From an uncultured Gammaproteobacteria bacterium (GTDB lineage: Bacteria; Patescibacteriota; Microgenomatia; Levybacterales; UBA12049), in NCBI GenBank assembly GCA_964571255.1, contig CAZNAA010000001.1, positions 136,134-200,133 on the forward strand: a stretch of 64,000 nt of DNA, read 5' to 3'. How positions within the stretch are numbered: position 1 is the first letter of the stretch; each line of letters starts with the position of its first letter. Shown piece by piece: positions 29,212-37,586 of this stretch. Below the pieces are notes generated by a model. The model was not told the DNA's origin and searched no databases. It saw nothing but the letters and a program-made list of their open reading frames with translations. A program made the position numbers and the translations under genes.

Positions 29212-30531
29212 TTAATAGAGGCTTGTACTCCTTCCGTATGGATATAAAATAGGGAGAGGGTTTCTACTGTTACTAGCTTGAAGCATACGACTGCGAATTT
29301 GGAGAGGGAATTCGTTTTGTAATAGTAAAGCCTCAGGAAAAAGAGTACTGAGAATATATCCTTGCTTTGCATATACTTGTGCTTTCAAGTTAGTCATCTC
29401 AACTAATTGTTGCTGGGTGGGGGCAGAGAGTCCATCATAATAACTATTCACACCAAAAAAGTCCCTCATTCTTTCAGCTTCTGAACAAACGTCTTCCTCA
29501 ACAACACCTGTATATGTAAAATGAGATAAATCTACCAGCTTCTCCAACTCACTAATACGATAAATGGAAAGAGCAAGGTCAGAGTATTTTCTTTTCATAT
29601 CTCTTTCAAACTCTTCCTTGTAGGTTTTTTTTCTTTTCTCAATGAGTGATTCATTAAGAGGAGGGAAGCCTATGATAGGAAAGATATACTCTGGTTCATC
29701 ATTGTCTCCAATGATAAGTGAAACCTTGGCAGCTATCCCAACTTGTTTTAATTGGCGTATTAAAGATTGTAGTCTTCCTGCCGTTCCTTCAAAATTATTT
29801 CCTTTAGGATTGGTTAATAAATAGTCTTCAGGTGTATCAGAAGTCAAAATTTTGGCATCTACAGGAGGGCAAGTAAACTGGACAAACTCAAAAACTCCCT
29901 TAGCAACAGCTTTCTCAACCTTTTCTCTCACTTCAGGCGTAAGTGTTCCGGGGATAACAGAATAACTTTCAAATAGAGCGAGAACTTTGGTAACTAAGTT
30001 GGTAGGTAATCGTTCTCCAGTCTCAACGAGTTTTTTAACTGCCCTTTGTTCCTGCTTCCTTTTTACTTCCTCTCTTTTTATAGCAGCTACACTCTCTTTT
30101 GCAGTAAAGACTACTTTTGTATTTAGTATTTGATTAATTCCTACCCGTCCGTTAATTCTGACTCTTGTTGGTTTGCCTTTCGCATTAGCATCAGCTAAGT
30201 GAAATCTTCGTTGATATCTTTGTCCTTCTCCTAAAATAAGAGCAGCTGTTTCTTGATAGTAACGAGAATTTTGCGGTGTTCTAATTTGCCTAACAATTTG
30301 ATCAGCACTTCTTTGGGTATCGACGGTTTTAACTTTAGCCTGGAACCCTCTAGGGAGTTGTACTCCTCCATCTAAAATACAATTCAAAATATCGGTTGGA
30401 GAAATGCCCGTACTTCTAGCTAGTTCTTTTATAGTCATTGGAGGATAAGGCATATCCGATTTCTCCCACTTATTGAAAGTGGAGCGAATACTCCTTTGAA
30501 TAATTTGTGCTATGTCTGTTGTTTTTTCCAT
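29212..30531 (-). CDS. Hypothetical protein: N-terminal HTH-like segment, possible class I aaRS/CDPS-like Rossmann C-terminal domain
   Basis: 439 aa from ATG 30531. MTIKELARSTGISPTDI is HTH-like. LIRQLKQVGIAAKVSLIIGD recalls the TyrRS/TrpRS helix-strand. No HIGH or KMSKS motif. Confidence 0.6.
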   Translation of the reverse strand: MEKTTDIAQIIQRSIRSTFNKWEKSDMPYPPMTIKELARSTGISPTDILNCILDGGVQLPRGFQAKVKTVDTQRSADQIVRQIRTPQNSRYYQETAALILGEGQRYQRRFHLADANAKGKPTRVRINGRVGINQILNTKVVFTAKESVAAIKREEVKRKQEQRAVKKLVETGERLPTNLVTKVLALFESYSVIPGTLTPEVREKVEKAVAKGVFEFVQFTCPPVDAKILTSDTPEDYLLTNPKGNNFEGTAGRLQSLIRQLKQVGIAAKVSLIIGDNDEPEYIFPIIGFPPLNESLIEKRKKTYKEEFERDMKRKYSDLALSIYRISELEKLVDLSHFTYTGVVEEDVCSEAERMRDFFGVNSYYDGLSAPTQQQLVEMTNLKAQVYAKQGYILSTLFPEALLLQNEFPLQIRSRMLQASNSRNPLPILYPYGRSTSLY

Positions 30532-30589
30532 AAAAAAACCTCCCATTCTTTTCCCACCACAAACGTGTGATGAAAAAGGAACGAAAGGT
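30532..30589 (-). terminator. T-box terminator/sequestrator hairpin
   Basis: ACCTTTCGTTC..CATCAC-loop-GTGGTG..GAATGGGAGGT followed by a T run and the ATG. It overlaps the 3' arm of the antiterminator. Confidence 0.8.
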
Positions 30590-30760
30590 ACAAAAAAAGG
30601 ACCTCCCGCGGTCCCATCCTTTATTTCTTTTTCTATTGCTAGAAAAAGACTCTTAGTGGCGACTCCGCGATTGCGACATCGTCTTTTCCCTTTAACGGTT
30701 GAAAATCCGTAGCGTATTTTGACGCTCAGCTCCTGGATCGTGACTCCAGTCAGATGCTTT
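30532..30760 (-). ncRNA. T-box riboswitch leader with His (CAC) specifier and ultrashort Stem I
   Basis: Antiterminator AAAGGA[TGGGACC]GCGGGAGGT..ACCTTTCGTTCCTTT. Stem III TCTTTTTCTA-GCAA-TAGAAAAAGA. CCGTTA motif of Stem IIA/B. Hairpin CTGGA-GTCACGA-TCCAG. Lies upstream of hisS. Confidence 0.85.
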
Positions 30761-30769
30761 ATGTCCTAT

Positions 30770-30798
30770 ATACTATCGAATTAGTGAGAATTTGTCAA
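30770..30798 (-). promoter_or_regulatory. Sigma70 promoter of the T-box leader
   Basis: TTGACA (30798-30793), 17 nt, TAGTAT (30775-30770). Confidence 0.75.
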
Positions 30799-30800
30799 AT

Positions 30801-31562
30801 TTAGCGAAGAGGAGTGAGTTTTTTTCCACTCCCTGTGGAGACGACGACTTCTTCATCTTCCTTGAGTTGAGCTGAAGGAATAATGACTTTTGGGTTTTTG
30901 GGAAGATCAGGAAAAAGGATAATACGAGTTGCTACCATTCGGAATTTTTCCTTCTTATCAAGAAAACCAGTCACAAATACTCTTTGTCCAACTTCAATTC
31001 TGCTAAACCCTGCTTTTTCCATTTCCGTTTTTTTGGTATAGACACTCGTTTTAGTCACATTTTCTACATCAACAGTTGTTTGTGATCCATCTTCTGATGC
31101 GACTTTGAAGGTAAACTCTTTGGCATCAAATGAGCTTACTTGTCCTGAAAGGGTAGTGGGGAATGTATCAACAGCAATAAATCTAGCTGTAATTCGTCTG
31201 GATTGTTTGTTATAAAGCCCTAACACACTGATTTTTGTTCCTTTGGTCAAGTCGGAAATCCCAAATGTCCCACTGGCTGAGGGGGAGGAAAACTTGGTAA
31301 TCTCGTCAACATCCACAAACCTAGTATTTTTATTAATATCCTCCATTGTAATCTGGGTAGAGGAAGTACTCTGAACTATTCCCACAATACCTCTTTTATC
31401 TACTAGTTTAAGTTGAGCTACTCGGGAAGCAATGCGATCTTTTAAATCAGTAATTTGATCAACCATGGTTGGTTGAGAACTAGTAGGAGAAGGAGTAGCT
31501 GTTTGAGCAACTGCTGGGCTAACGAGAAGAAAGAACAGGATAAAAGGAAGAAGGTAGTTCAT
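30801..31562 (-). CDS. Secreted hypothetical protein with tandem OB-like (DUF5666-like) domains
   Basis: Signal peptide and two repeats of G.V......T..VD..TK..SDL..G.KI.V.G. Confidence 0.6.
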   Translation of the reverse strand: MNYLLPFILFFLLVSPAVAQTATPSPTSSQPTMVDQITDLKDRIASRVAQLKLVDKRGIVGIVQSTSSTQITMEDINKNTRFVDVDEITKFSSPSASGTFGISDLTKGTKISVLGLYNKQSRRITARFIAVDTFPTTLSGQVSSFDAKEFTFKVASEDGSQTTVDVENVTKTSVYTKKTEMEKAGFSRIEVGQRVFVTGFLDKKEKFRMVATRIILFPDLPKNPKVIIPSAQLKEDEEVVVSTGSGKKLTPLR

Positions 31563-31564
31563 AG

Positions 31565-31993
31565 TTAAAAGCTTTCCGTAGAAAAGGTGATAGTTCGAGT
31601 GAGTCTTTTTTCTGTACCGTCAGGATAGATTGCCCGTACTTCGATCAGATTGGATCCTGTATCGATGGTTTGAGTAAGAGTAAAGGTACCGGTAGTTGTG
31701 GGTTTGATGACTTGATCATTTCCTGCAGTTGTTACGATTAAAAGTGCATCAGGTGTTGTTCGACCTGAGATGGTAATGAGTTTTTTTTCAGTAACACTTT
31801 CGTCGGCTGGATTTTCAAGTATGAGAAGGTTTCCGCTCTCATCAGGCGTTGGGGTAGGAATATTGGCACTCGGAGTCTTTAGTTGAGAGTCTGGGATTAC
31901 TTTGGTCATTTGAAAAAGATAAAATACTCCTCCAGCTACCAACAGACCCAGGGCAATAAAGACAATTGACAGAATAAGACGCTCTGCTTTCAT
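31565..31993 (-). CDS. Membrane-anchored Ig-like domain protein
   Basis: TM, then LENPADES..ITISGRT..GSNLIEVRA. Confidence 0.65.
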   Translation of the reverse strand: MKAERLILSIVFIALGLLVAGGVFYLFQMTKVIPDSQLKTPSANIPTPTPDESGNLLILENPADESVTEKKLITISGRTTPDALLIVTTAGNDQVIKPTTTGTFTLTQTIDTGSNLIEVRAIYPDGTEKRLTRTITFSTESF

Positions 31994-32069
31994 GTAAATT
32001 GTGTGTTGATGATAGTTGAAACTTCCCCTCCTTGTCAAGAAAAGCCAGGTTTGCTACGATACATAGCAG

Positions 32070-32567
32070 ATGGAAATTGCAGTTATTAGCGGAGGAGTTC
32101 GGATTAAAGGAAAGATGGCAACTCTCTCTGTTGCTTCTTTTCAAGAGAAAACAGCTCAGGCGGTTTTGGCTTTGAAAAAGGCAGTAACAATTCCTGCTAA
32201 TACGTTAGTATTTGATGGAGCGGGGGAGTATGAAATAGGAGGAGTAAAGATCTCAACCCTTCGAGTCGAGACTGATTTGATTCATAGTGTGACCGTTGAT
32301 GGAGTAACGGTTTTAGTTGGAGAAATAGGATCAATGGAGAAGGTTCATACAAAATTTGCAGAACACGATATTGTTTTACTTATCTGTAATACGGAAGTAA
32401 ATCCTTCCTTTACCTCATCTTTAACTACACACGCAACCATTTTTATGGGAGAAAAAGCCAAGGAAACGTGTGATAAATTAGGGAAAGCAAATACGATTGA
32501 AGCCAACAAATACAGCGCTATAAGTGGAAAGTTTCCTGAGGAATCTCAGACTATTGTTCTCATCTAA
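32070..32567 (+). CDS. Hypothetical protein, degenerate metallo-beta-lactamase-like fold
   Basis: FDGAGEYEIGGVKI motif; metal-binding histidines are absent. Confidence 0.5.
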   Translation: MEIAVISGGVRIKGKMATLSVASFQEKTAQAVLALKKAVTIPANTLVFDGAGEYEIGGVKISTLRVETDLIHSVTVDGVTVLVGEIGSMEKVHTKFAEHDIVLLICNTEVNPSFTSSLTTHATIFMGEKAKETCDKLGKANTIEANKYSAISGKFPEESQTIVLI

Positions 32568-32616
32568 CTTTCCCTCTTGAAACAATCCTAAAAACCCTTT
32601 ACGCTACTTACTACCA

Positions 32617-33942
32617 ATGGCAAGAGTTCTCCCACATAATGATGAAGCAGAGCAAAGTGTGCTAGGTGCAATCATGATTGATAAGGAAGCAATCACGGTT
32701 GTTTCTGGAATTTTGCGTCCTGAGCATTTTTATAACGATACGAATCTTCTTATTTATGATGTTATGCTCACACTTTTTGACGAGAGAAAGCCCATTGACG
32801 TTTTAACTATTTCTTCTCAACTCAAAAAACACAGAGGAGGAGATAAAATCCCCAGTGCATACATTACTGATCTAGTTAGTGCTGTCCCAACAGCCTCAAA
32901 TGTAGAATATTATGCCCAAATTGTCAAAGACGTTGCCCTCAAACGTTCACTTATCAGAATTAGTGGGGAAATTACGGATATGTCTTTTGAGGAAGATAAT
33001 GAAACTAAAGACATCCTGGATAAAGCAGAGTCCTCAATTTTTGCTGTGGCTCAAGGAAATATTATTCGGGATTTTGTTCTCCTTAGAGAAACCCTTTCTG
33101 ATACTTTTGACAGAATTGATGAGTTGCATCAAAAAGGAGATGGGCTACGAGGGGTTCGAACAGGATTTAAAGATTTAGATAATACGCTATCAGGAATGCA
33201 AAAGGCAAACCTTCTCATCCTTGCAGCGCGTCCTGGAACGGGTAAAACAGCCATTGTGTTGAATATGGCCCAATACGCTGCTCAACACGAGAAAAAGCCT
33301 GTGGCTATCTTTTCTCTTGAAATGAGTAAAGAAGAACTCGTAGATCGTTTGGTCGTTTCTCAATCAGAAGTAGATGCATGGAAAATAAAAACAGGAAGAC
33401 TGAATGAGGAAGATTGGGATAAAGTCTCCTCTGCCATGGGACAGCTTGGAGATATTCCCCTGTATATTGATGACACCCCAGGCATTACGATGGCTGAGAT
33501 GAGAAGTAAAGCCAGAAGACTTCATTTAGAACATGGACTCGGTCTTATCGTAGTAGATTACTTGCAACTGGTTAATCCTGGAAAGCAATATGAAAGTCGA
33601 ACTGTTGAAGTCTCCGCAATCTCGCAAGGCTTAAAAAATCTTGCCCGTGAGTTAAATGTTCCGGTTTTAGCTTGTTCTCAACTTTCTCGTGCAGTGGAGC
33701 AACGAGGAGAGAAGAGACCACAGCTGGCTGATTTGAGAGAATCCGGAGCCATTGAACAGGATGCAGACGTTGTTATGTTTATCTATAGACCAGATTCTGA
33801 AGTAACTGGAAATACTATTCCCACGAAGCTGCTTATCTCAAAACATAGAAATGGTGCAACAGGAGAGATTGATCTTCTCTTTAGAGGAGACAGAATGAAA
33901 TTCTTTAATATTGAAAAAGGAATTGAGGAAGAAGTACACTAA
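32617..33942 (+). CDS. dnaB: Replicative DNA helicase
   Basis: PHNDEAEQSVLG, ARPGTGKT, FSLEM, VDYLQL, SQLSR, DLRESGAIEQDAD, KHRNG. No intein. Confidence 0.97.
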   Translation: MARVLPHNDEAEQSVLGAIMIDKEAITVVSGILRPEHFYNDTNLLIYDVMLTLFDERKPIDVLTISSQLKKHRGGDKIPSAYITDLVSAVPTASNVEYYAQIVKDVALKRSLIRISGEITDMSFEEDNETKDILDKAESSIFAVAQGNIIRDFVLLRETLSDTFDRIDELHQKGDGLRGVRTGFKDLDNTLSGMQKANLLILAARPGTGKTAIVLNMAQYAAQHEKKPVAIFSLEMSKEELVDRLVVSQSEVDAWKIKTGRLNEEDWDKVSSAMGQLGDIPLYIDDTPGITMAEMRSKARRLHLEHGLGLIVVDYLQLVNPGKQYESRTVEVSAISQGLKNLARELNVPVLACSQLSRAVEQRGEKRPQLADLRESGAIEQDADVVMFIYRPDSEVTGNTIPTKLLISKHRNGATGEIDLLFRGDRMKFFNIEKGIEEEVH

Positions 33943-33946
33943 GAAT

Positions 33947-34504
33947 ATGCAACCCTATCTTATTGGTGCTCTTCTTGGAACAATTTCCTCAGGAAGTTTT
34001 ATTGCTATCTCTCTTTTTTTCCCAGAAGTAAACTTTGAAGGCTTTGTTCCAGGAATTACTTTTGGAGCTGTATTTGCTCTCTATACTCTTTTTACCAATA
34101 AAACTACGCTTTTTAAAGCACTTCTGTTTGTCATTGCTTCAACTGCCTCCTATTATGTTGCCTATTCTGCCTTTATTATTGCTGCAAGTTTTTCACAATA
34201 TACTGCATGGACGTACCCTCCCCCTGATCCTAATTATTTTTTCTACTATGTAGGTGGGATTGTTGCAGGAGGAATAGGTGGATTTCTTCTTTCTCTAAGT
34301 AGTCACTGGTTGCTAATTAAAAAAGATTCAGATAAATGGATTCGCCTTATTTGCTTGAGTATCCTTCTTGCTTTATATTTATCAGGAATTACCCATTGGA
34401 TTGATAAAACAGATAATGACTTTGACTATTTATATTTGAGTTTCTTCTTTGTCTGGCAAGTAGGAATAGGAAGTTTATTAGCACGTTACCTAGAGAAAAA
34501 ATAG
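33947..34504 (+). CDS. Hypothetical membrane protein
   Basis: About six hydrophobic helices. Confidence 0.7.
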   Translation: MQPYLIGALLGTISSGSFIAISLFFPEVNFEGFVPGITFGAVFALYTLFTNKTTLFKALLFVIASTASYYVAYSAFIIAASFSQYTAWTYPPPDPNYFFYYVGGIVAGGIGGFLLSLSSHWLLIKKDSDKWIRLICLSILLALYLSGITHWIDKTDNDFDYLYLSFFFVWQVGIGSLLARYLEKK

Positions 34505-34509
34505 AGAAA

Positions 34510-35115
34510 TTAGGATTTCTTAGCAGATAATTCTTTGTATACTTTTGCCTTTGCAATTTCGACTACTGGTACAGCTACTAAAACTCCAACAAAGAAAGCG
34601 ATAAGTCCTAGAATAACTACTCCCATTCTAGCTAGTGCAAACAAAAATAGGTCAAAGGTGTGTCCACGAGTTAATTCCCAACTTGCTTTGAGAGAATCAA
34701 TGGCACTCATGTTTTTTTCAATGATGTAGTACTTAAACATACTAAGTCTGATTCCAACGATAATTCCTGGAATAACGAGTGCGAGAAAAGAAATGGCTAC
34801 GGCAAGTGAATTTAGTACTGTTCCTAAAAGAAGAGGAAGATAGTGTTTGTGTTCTGTCCAGAGAAGAGAAGCTTGAATAGGTTTATTCTCAACAATATTT
34901 AAAACCATTCGAGTAACTCCTGCAGTGAGAAGAATTCCAACTAAGAAAGAAAGAAGCATGAAGAGAGTGTTTGGATCTCCATTTTCTCCTTGTCCAATGT
35001 TTTGAATCAGAGTAGGGATAGCAATACTTGCAACAGTAATTCCAACAATTAGCCAGAACTGTTTCTTTGTTTGTTCCCAGCCGTATACAATGGATTCTTT
35101 AATTCGTACGTTCAT
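34510..35115 (-). CDS. Integral membrane protein (DUF975-like)
   Basis: LVIPGIIVGIRL..AIDSLKASWELTRGH..LF. A TTGACT-17-TACACT promoter ends 6 nt before ATG 35115. Confidence 0.75.
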   Translation of the reverse strand: MNVRIKESIVYGWEQTKKQFWLIVGITVASIAIPTLIQNIGQGENGDPNTLFMLLSFLVGILLTAGVTRMVLNIVENKPIQASLLWTEHKHYLPLLLGTVLNSLAVAISFLALVIPGIIVGIRLSMFKYYIIEKNMSAIDSLKASWELTRGHTFDLFLFALARMGVVILGLIAFFVGVLVAVPVVEIAKAKVYKELSAKKS

Positions 35116-35183
35116 AGTGTAAGTGTAAGAAGGATGGATAAAATAGTCAAGAAGGAATTTGAGATATACGTGATATTGGGTTT

Positions 35184-35251
35184 GAGCAGGCCTGAACATT
35201 GCTGTCAGACCTGCTCGAGATGGTAAGTGAGAGTGGGGCTCACTTTCCATC
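35184..35251 (-). other. Two strong hairpins in the 3' UTR of the GC-rich gene
   Basis: GATGG-A-AAGTGAG/CTCACTT-A-CCATC and GAGCAGGTCTGA/TCAGGCCTGCTC (12 bp with one G-U). Confidence 0.75.
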
Positions 35252-35261
35252 AGGAATGAAC

Positions 35262-35732
35262 TTACTTGGTTAGATAGTTGCGATACGAACCTTCAACGCT
35301 GAAACCTAATCGCTTGGCGACACCATAGGCTGTCCAGAAGCGTTTCTTCGCCTCTAACACGGCCATCCGGATTTCAGCCATTTTCTCACGCCGTGTCATG
35401 ACTTTCCTGGCGCTGACTTCGTTGTCAAACGCCGTTTGCATTGCCCGCGCTTTCATGGCCAGATAAGAATTGACTCGGAGCTGGTCGTTTTGGCGATCAC
35501 TTGTTGGTTTCCAACCGTACTGCTCGAGGAAGATTCCCAGATCTCGCTGCCTCTTCAGCCACCGCCATCCTCGGAAGGGGAGACAGACAGCCTCGAGAAA
35601 GACGAGCAGAGGGAATCCCACGCTCCGTTCCCACCAGAGAATAGCGGTTTCCAGCCTGAAAAAGCTGAAAAACCAGAAACTCCCGAGGGCGAGTGTAACG
35701 TAGGCAGCGATGCTCACAATGTAAAGGTTCAT
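35262..35732 (-). CDS. GC-rich hypothetical membrane protein (156 aa)
   Basis: ATG 35732 is preceded by AGGAG. Hydrophobic N-terminus and basic helical C-terminus. GC content is clearly above the flanks. Confidence 0.7.
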   Translation of the reverse strand: MNLYIVSIAAYVTLALGSFWFFSFFRLETAILWWERSVGFPLLVFLEAVCLPFRGWRWLKRQRDLGIFLEQYGWKPTSDRQNDQLRVNSYLAMKARAMQTAFDNEVSARKVMTRREKMAEIRMAVLEAKKRFWTAYGVAKRLGFSVEGSYRNYLTK

Positions 35733-35860
35733 TCCGATTCTCCTGCGGGTTCTTCCCGCCAATTGCCAGTTCTGCTGGCTTCGGATTGTTCTCACGGAGC
35801 TTCCGTGAGCGAGTGCGATCCGCGCACTCTTCCTTGAGAGGTCCCACTCCCTCAAAAAGT
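35733..35860 (-). ncRNA. Highly structured 5' leader of about 130 nt (five hairpins), class unknown
   Basis: Stems TTGAGGG/CTCTCAA, GAGTGCG/CGCACTC, CTCACGGA/TCCGTGAG, GCCAG/CTGGC and GCGGG/CCCGC. The last two are enclosed by TCCGA/TCGGA. Confidence 0.6.
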
Positions 35861-35866
35861 AGGTAA

Positions 35867-35895
35867 AGTGTAGCAAAAAGAGGATGAAAAGTCAA
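35867..35895 (-). promoter_or_regulatory. Sigma70 promoter of the GC-rich unit
   Basis: TTGACT (35895-35890), 17 nt, TACACT (35872-35867). Confidence 0.7.
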
Positions 35896-35923
35896 GTACT
35901 ATAGGTTTACTAATTGGTATTAG

Positions 35924-36006
35924 TACCGGGGGAGGGACTCGAACCCTCAAGGCCTTGCGACCAGTAGTTTTTGAGACTACCGCGTATACCATTCCGCCAC
36001 CTCGGC
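35924..36006 (-). tRNA. tRNA-Leu(CAA), CCA not encoded
   Basis: GCCGAGG-TGGCGGAATGG..GTAGT-CTCAAAA-ACTAC, long variable arm, GGTTCGAGTCC, A73. Confidence 0.95.
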
Positions 36007-36058
36007 ATTTGAATTGTCATTATTGTCAATTCGTGCTTCCTATTATATACTTCTCAGT

Positions 36059-37027
36059 ATGACGATACAAGAAATTTATGAATTAGGACTTGAAATGGCA
36101 ATTGATGCTGATCCTCGGGGAAAGTCCGAAGTAGCACGAGTTTTAAAAAGAGCCAAGAAAAAATACGATGAACTGTCAGCTAAAAAGAAAGCTGTATTTG
36201 ATACAGAAGATTTGAACAACCCCTATACTGACTCTCGAATTCTCGCTGGAGACCCAAAACAAAAAGTTACAAAAATTATGAGTGGTATTGATCTGAATGC
36301 ATCGGAAGTACTTCTTGCAGACAGATTAAATCAAAAAGGAGAGGGAATTGACCTTCTGATTGCTCATCATCCTGAAGGACATGCGTTAATGAGCTTGTAT
36401 GAGGTGATGGATGTGCAAATTGATATGGCAGAACGCGTTGGAGTTCCTGTTACTATGGCACATGGCTTAATGGAGGACAGAAAAGGAATTGTGAGACGAA
36501 GATTTTCTCCTCTCAATACCAATCAAGCAGTTGATGCAGCACGTCTTTTAGAACTTCCTCTTATGACCATGCACACCTTCTGGGACAATATGGGAAATAA
36601 GTTTGTTGAGGATTATTTGAAAAAACAGCAATTTGATACAGCAGGAGAAGTACTGGAAGCAATTAATGACATTCCTGAATTTGCTGGGGCAATTAAGCTA
36701 AAAAATCCTCCAATGCTTGTTTCAGGGAATGAAAACAGACGAGTAGGAAAGATTGCCGTTGCTTTTACTGGAGGAACAAATGGATCAAAAGAGTCATACA
36801 TTGAACTTGCCAAAGCAGGAGTTGGAACTATTGTTGAAATGCATGTAGCAGAAGATGCCTTAGTCGAGCTGAGAAAACTAAATGTGAATGTGATTGATTG
36901 TGGACATATGGCTGCTGATTCTATTGGAGCTAATCTCTTTTTTGATGCGGTTGAGAAAAAAGGAGTAGAGGTTTTGGCCTGTTCTGGGTTAATTCGAGTA
37001 AAACGGGGAGGAAAGAAAAATAAATGA
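36059..37027 (+). CDS. NIF3-like (NGG1p interacting factor) protein
   Basis: NPYTDSRIL, IAHHPEG, HTFWDN, GGTNG, GHMAADSIG. Confidence 0.85.
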   Translation: MTIQEIYELGLEMAIDADPRGKSEVARVLKRAKKKYDELSAKKKAVFDTEDLNNPYTDSRILAGDPKQKVTKIMSGIDLNASEVLLADRLNQKGEGIDLLIAHHPEGHALMSLYEVMDVQIDMAERVGVPVTMAHGLMEDRKGIVRRRFSPLNTNQAVDAARLLELPLMTMHTFWDNMGNKFVEDYLKKQQFDTAGEVLEAINDIPEFAGAIKLKNPPMLVSGNENRRVGKIAVAFTGGTNGSKESYIELAKAGVGTIVEMHVAEDALVELRKLNVNVIDCGHMAADSIGANLFFDAVEKKGVEVLACSGLIRVKRGGKKNK

Positions 37028-37581
37028 TTTCCGTAACTGAGCTTCGAGCAGGAGTAACGTATCAGGAAGATGGAGTTCTTCTTCAAGTAATTTCTTACGA
37101 ACACGTAAAAACGGGGAGGGGAAGTGCAAATATTAAAGTAAAGGTAAAAAACCTTTCTAATGGCTCAACTGTTGAAAAGGGATACATCAACGGAGCACGG
37201 GTTCAAGACGTGATGGTTGTTAAAAAAGACGTGCAATTTCTTTATAAAGATGAAACGAGTGCGTATTTCATGGATCCTTCAACGTATGAACAAATTAGCA
37301 TGAGCCTCTCTAAAATCCCAGAACACCTGTATCTAAAAGAAGGGGAGACATTTAATATTAGTTTTTTAGATTCTACGCCACTTTCTCTTCTTCTCCCTCC
37401 GAAAATGGTATTTACTGTAGTGGAAACTCCCGTTGGAGTAAAAGGGAACTCAGCTACCAATGTCTTTAAAGATGCAGAGCTTGATAACGGGATGCATGTA
37501 AAAGTTCCTCTTTTTGTTGACGCAGGGGATAAGATCCGCGTTGATACTCGTACAGGTGAGTATAGTGAGAAGGCATCTTAG
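37024..37581 (+). CDS. efp: Elongation factor P
   Basis: HVKTGRGSA, VKGNSAT, VPLFV..GDKIRVDTRTGEY. Confidence 0.95.
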   Translation: MISVTELRAGVTYQEDGVLLQVISYEHVKTGRGSANIKVKVKNLSNGSTVEKGYINGARVQDVMVVKKDVQFLYKDETSAYFMDPSTYEQISMSLSKIPEHLYLKEGETFNISFLDSTPLSLLLPPKMVFTVVETPVGVKGNSATNVFKDAELDNGMHVKVPLFVDAGDKIRVDTRTGEYSEKAS

Positions 37582-37586
37582 CTTGT

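Noticed and set aside
30512-30712. 66-aa plus-strand ORF
   Set aside because: It is antisense to the T-box leader and explained by it.
32617-33942. Intein in DnaB
   Set aside because: The protein has normal length (441 aa) with continuous motifs.
35436-35895. Overlapping alternative ORFs (35436-35837 +, 35470-35703 +, 35497-35895 -) and the 5' extension to 35876
   Set aside because: High GC lowers stop-codon frequency. Only the frame starting at 35732 has an SD, a promoter and protein-like composition, and the extension runs into the promoter.
35150-36006. tRNA-Leu as the att site of an integrated element
   Set aside because: No duplicated tRNA 3' end was seen at the far side of the GC-rich unit, and there is no adjacent integrase.
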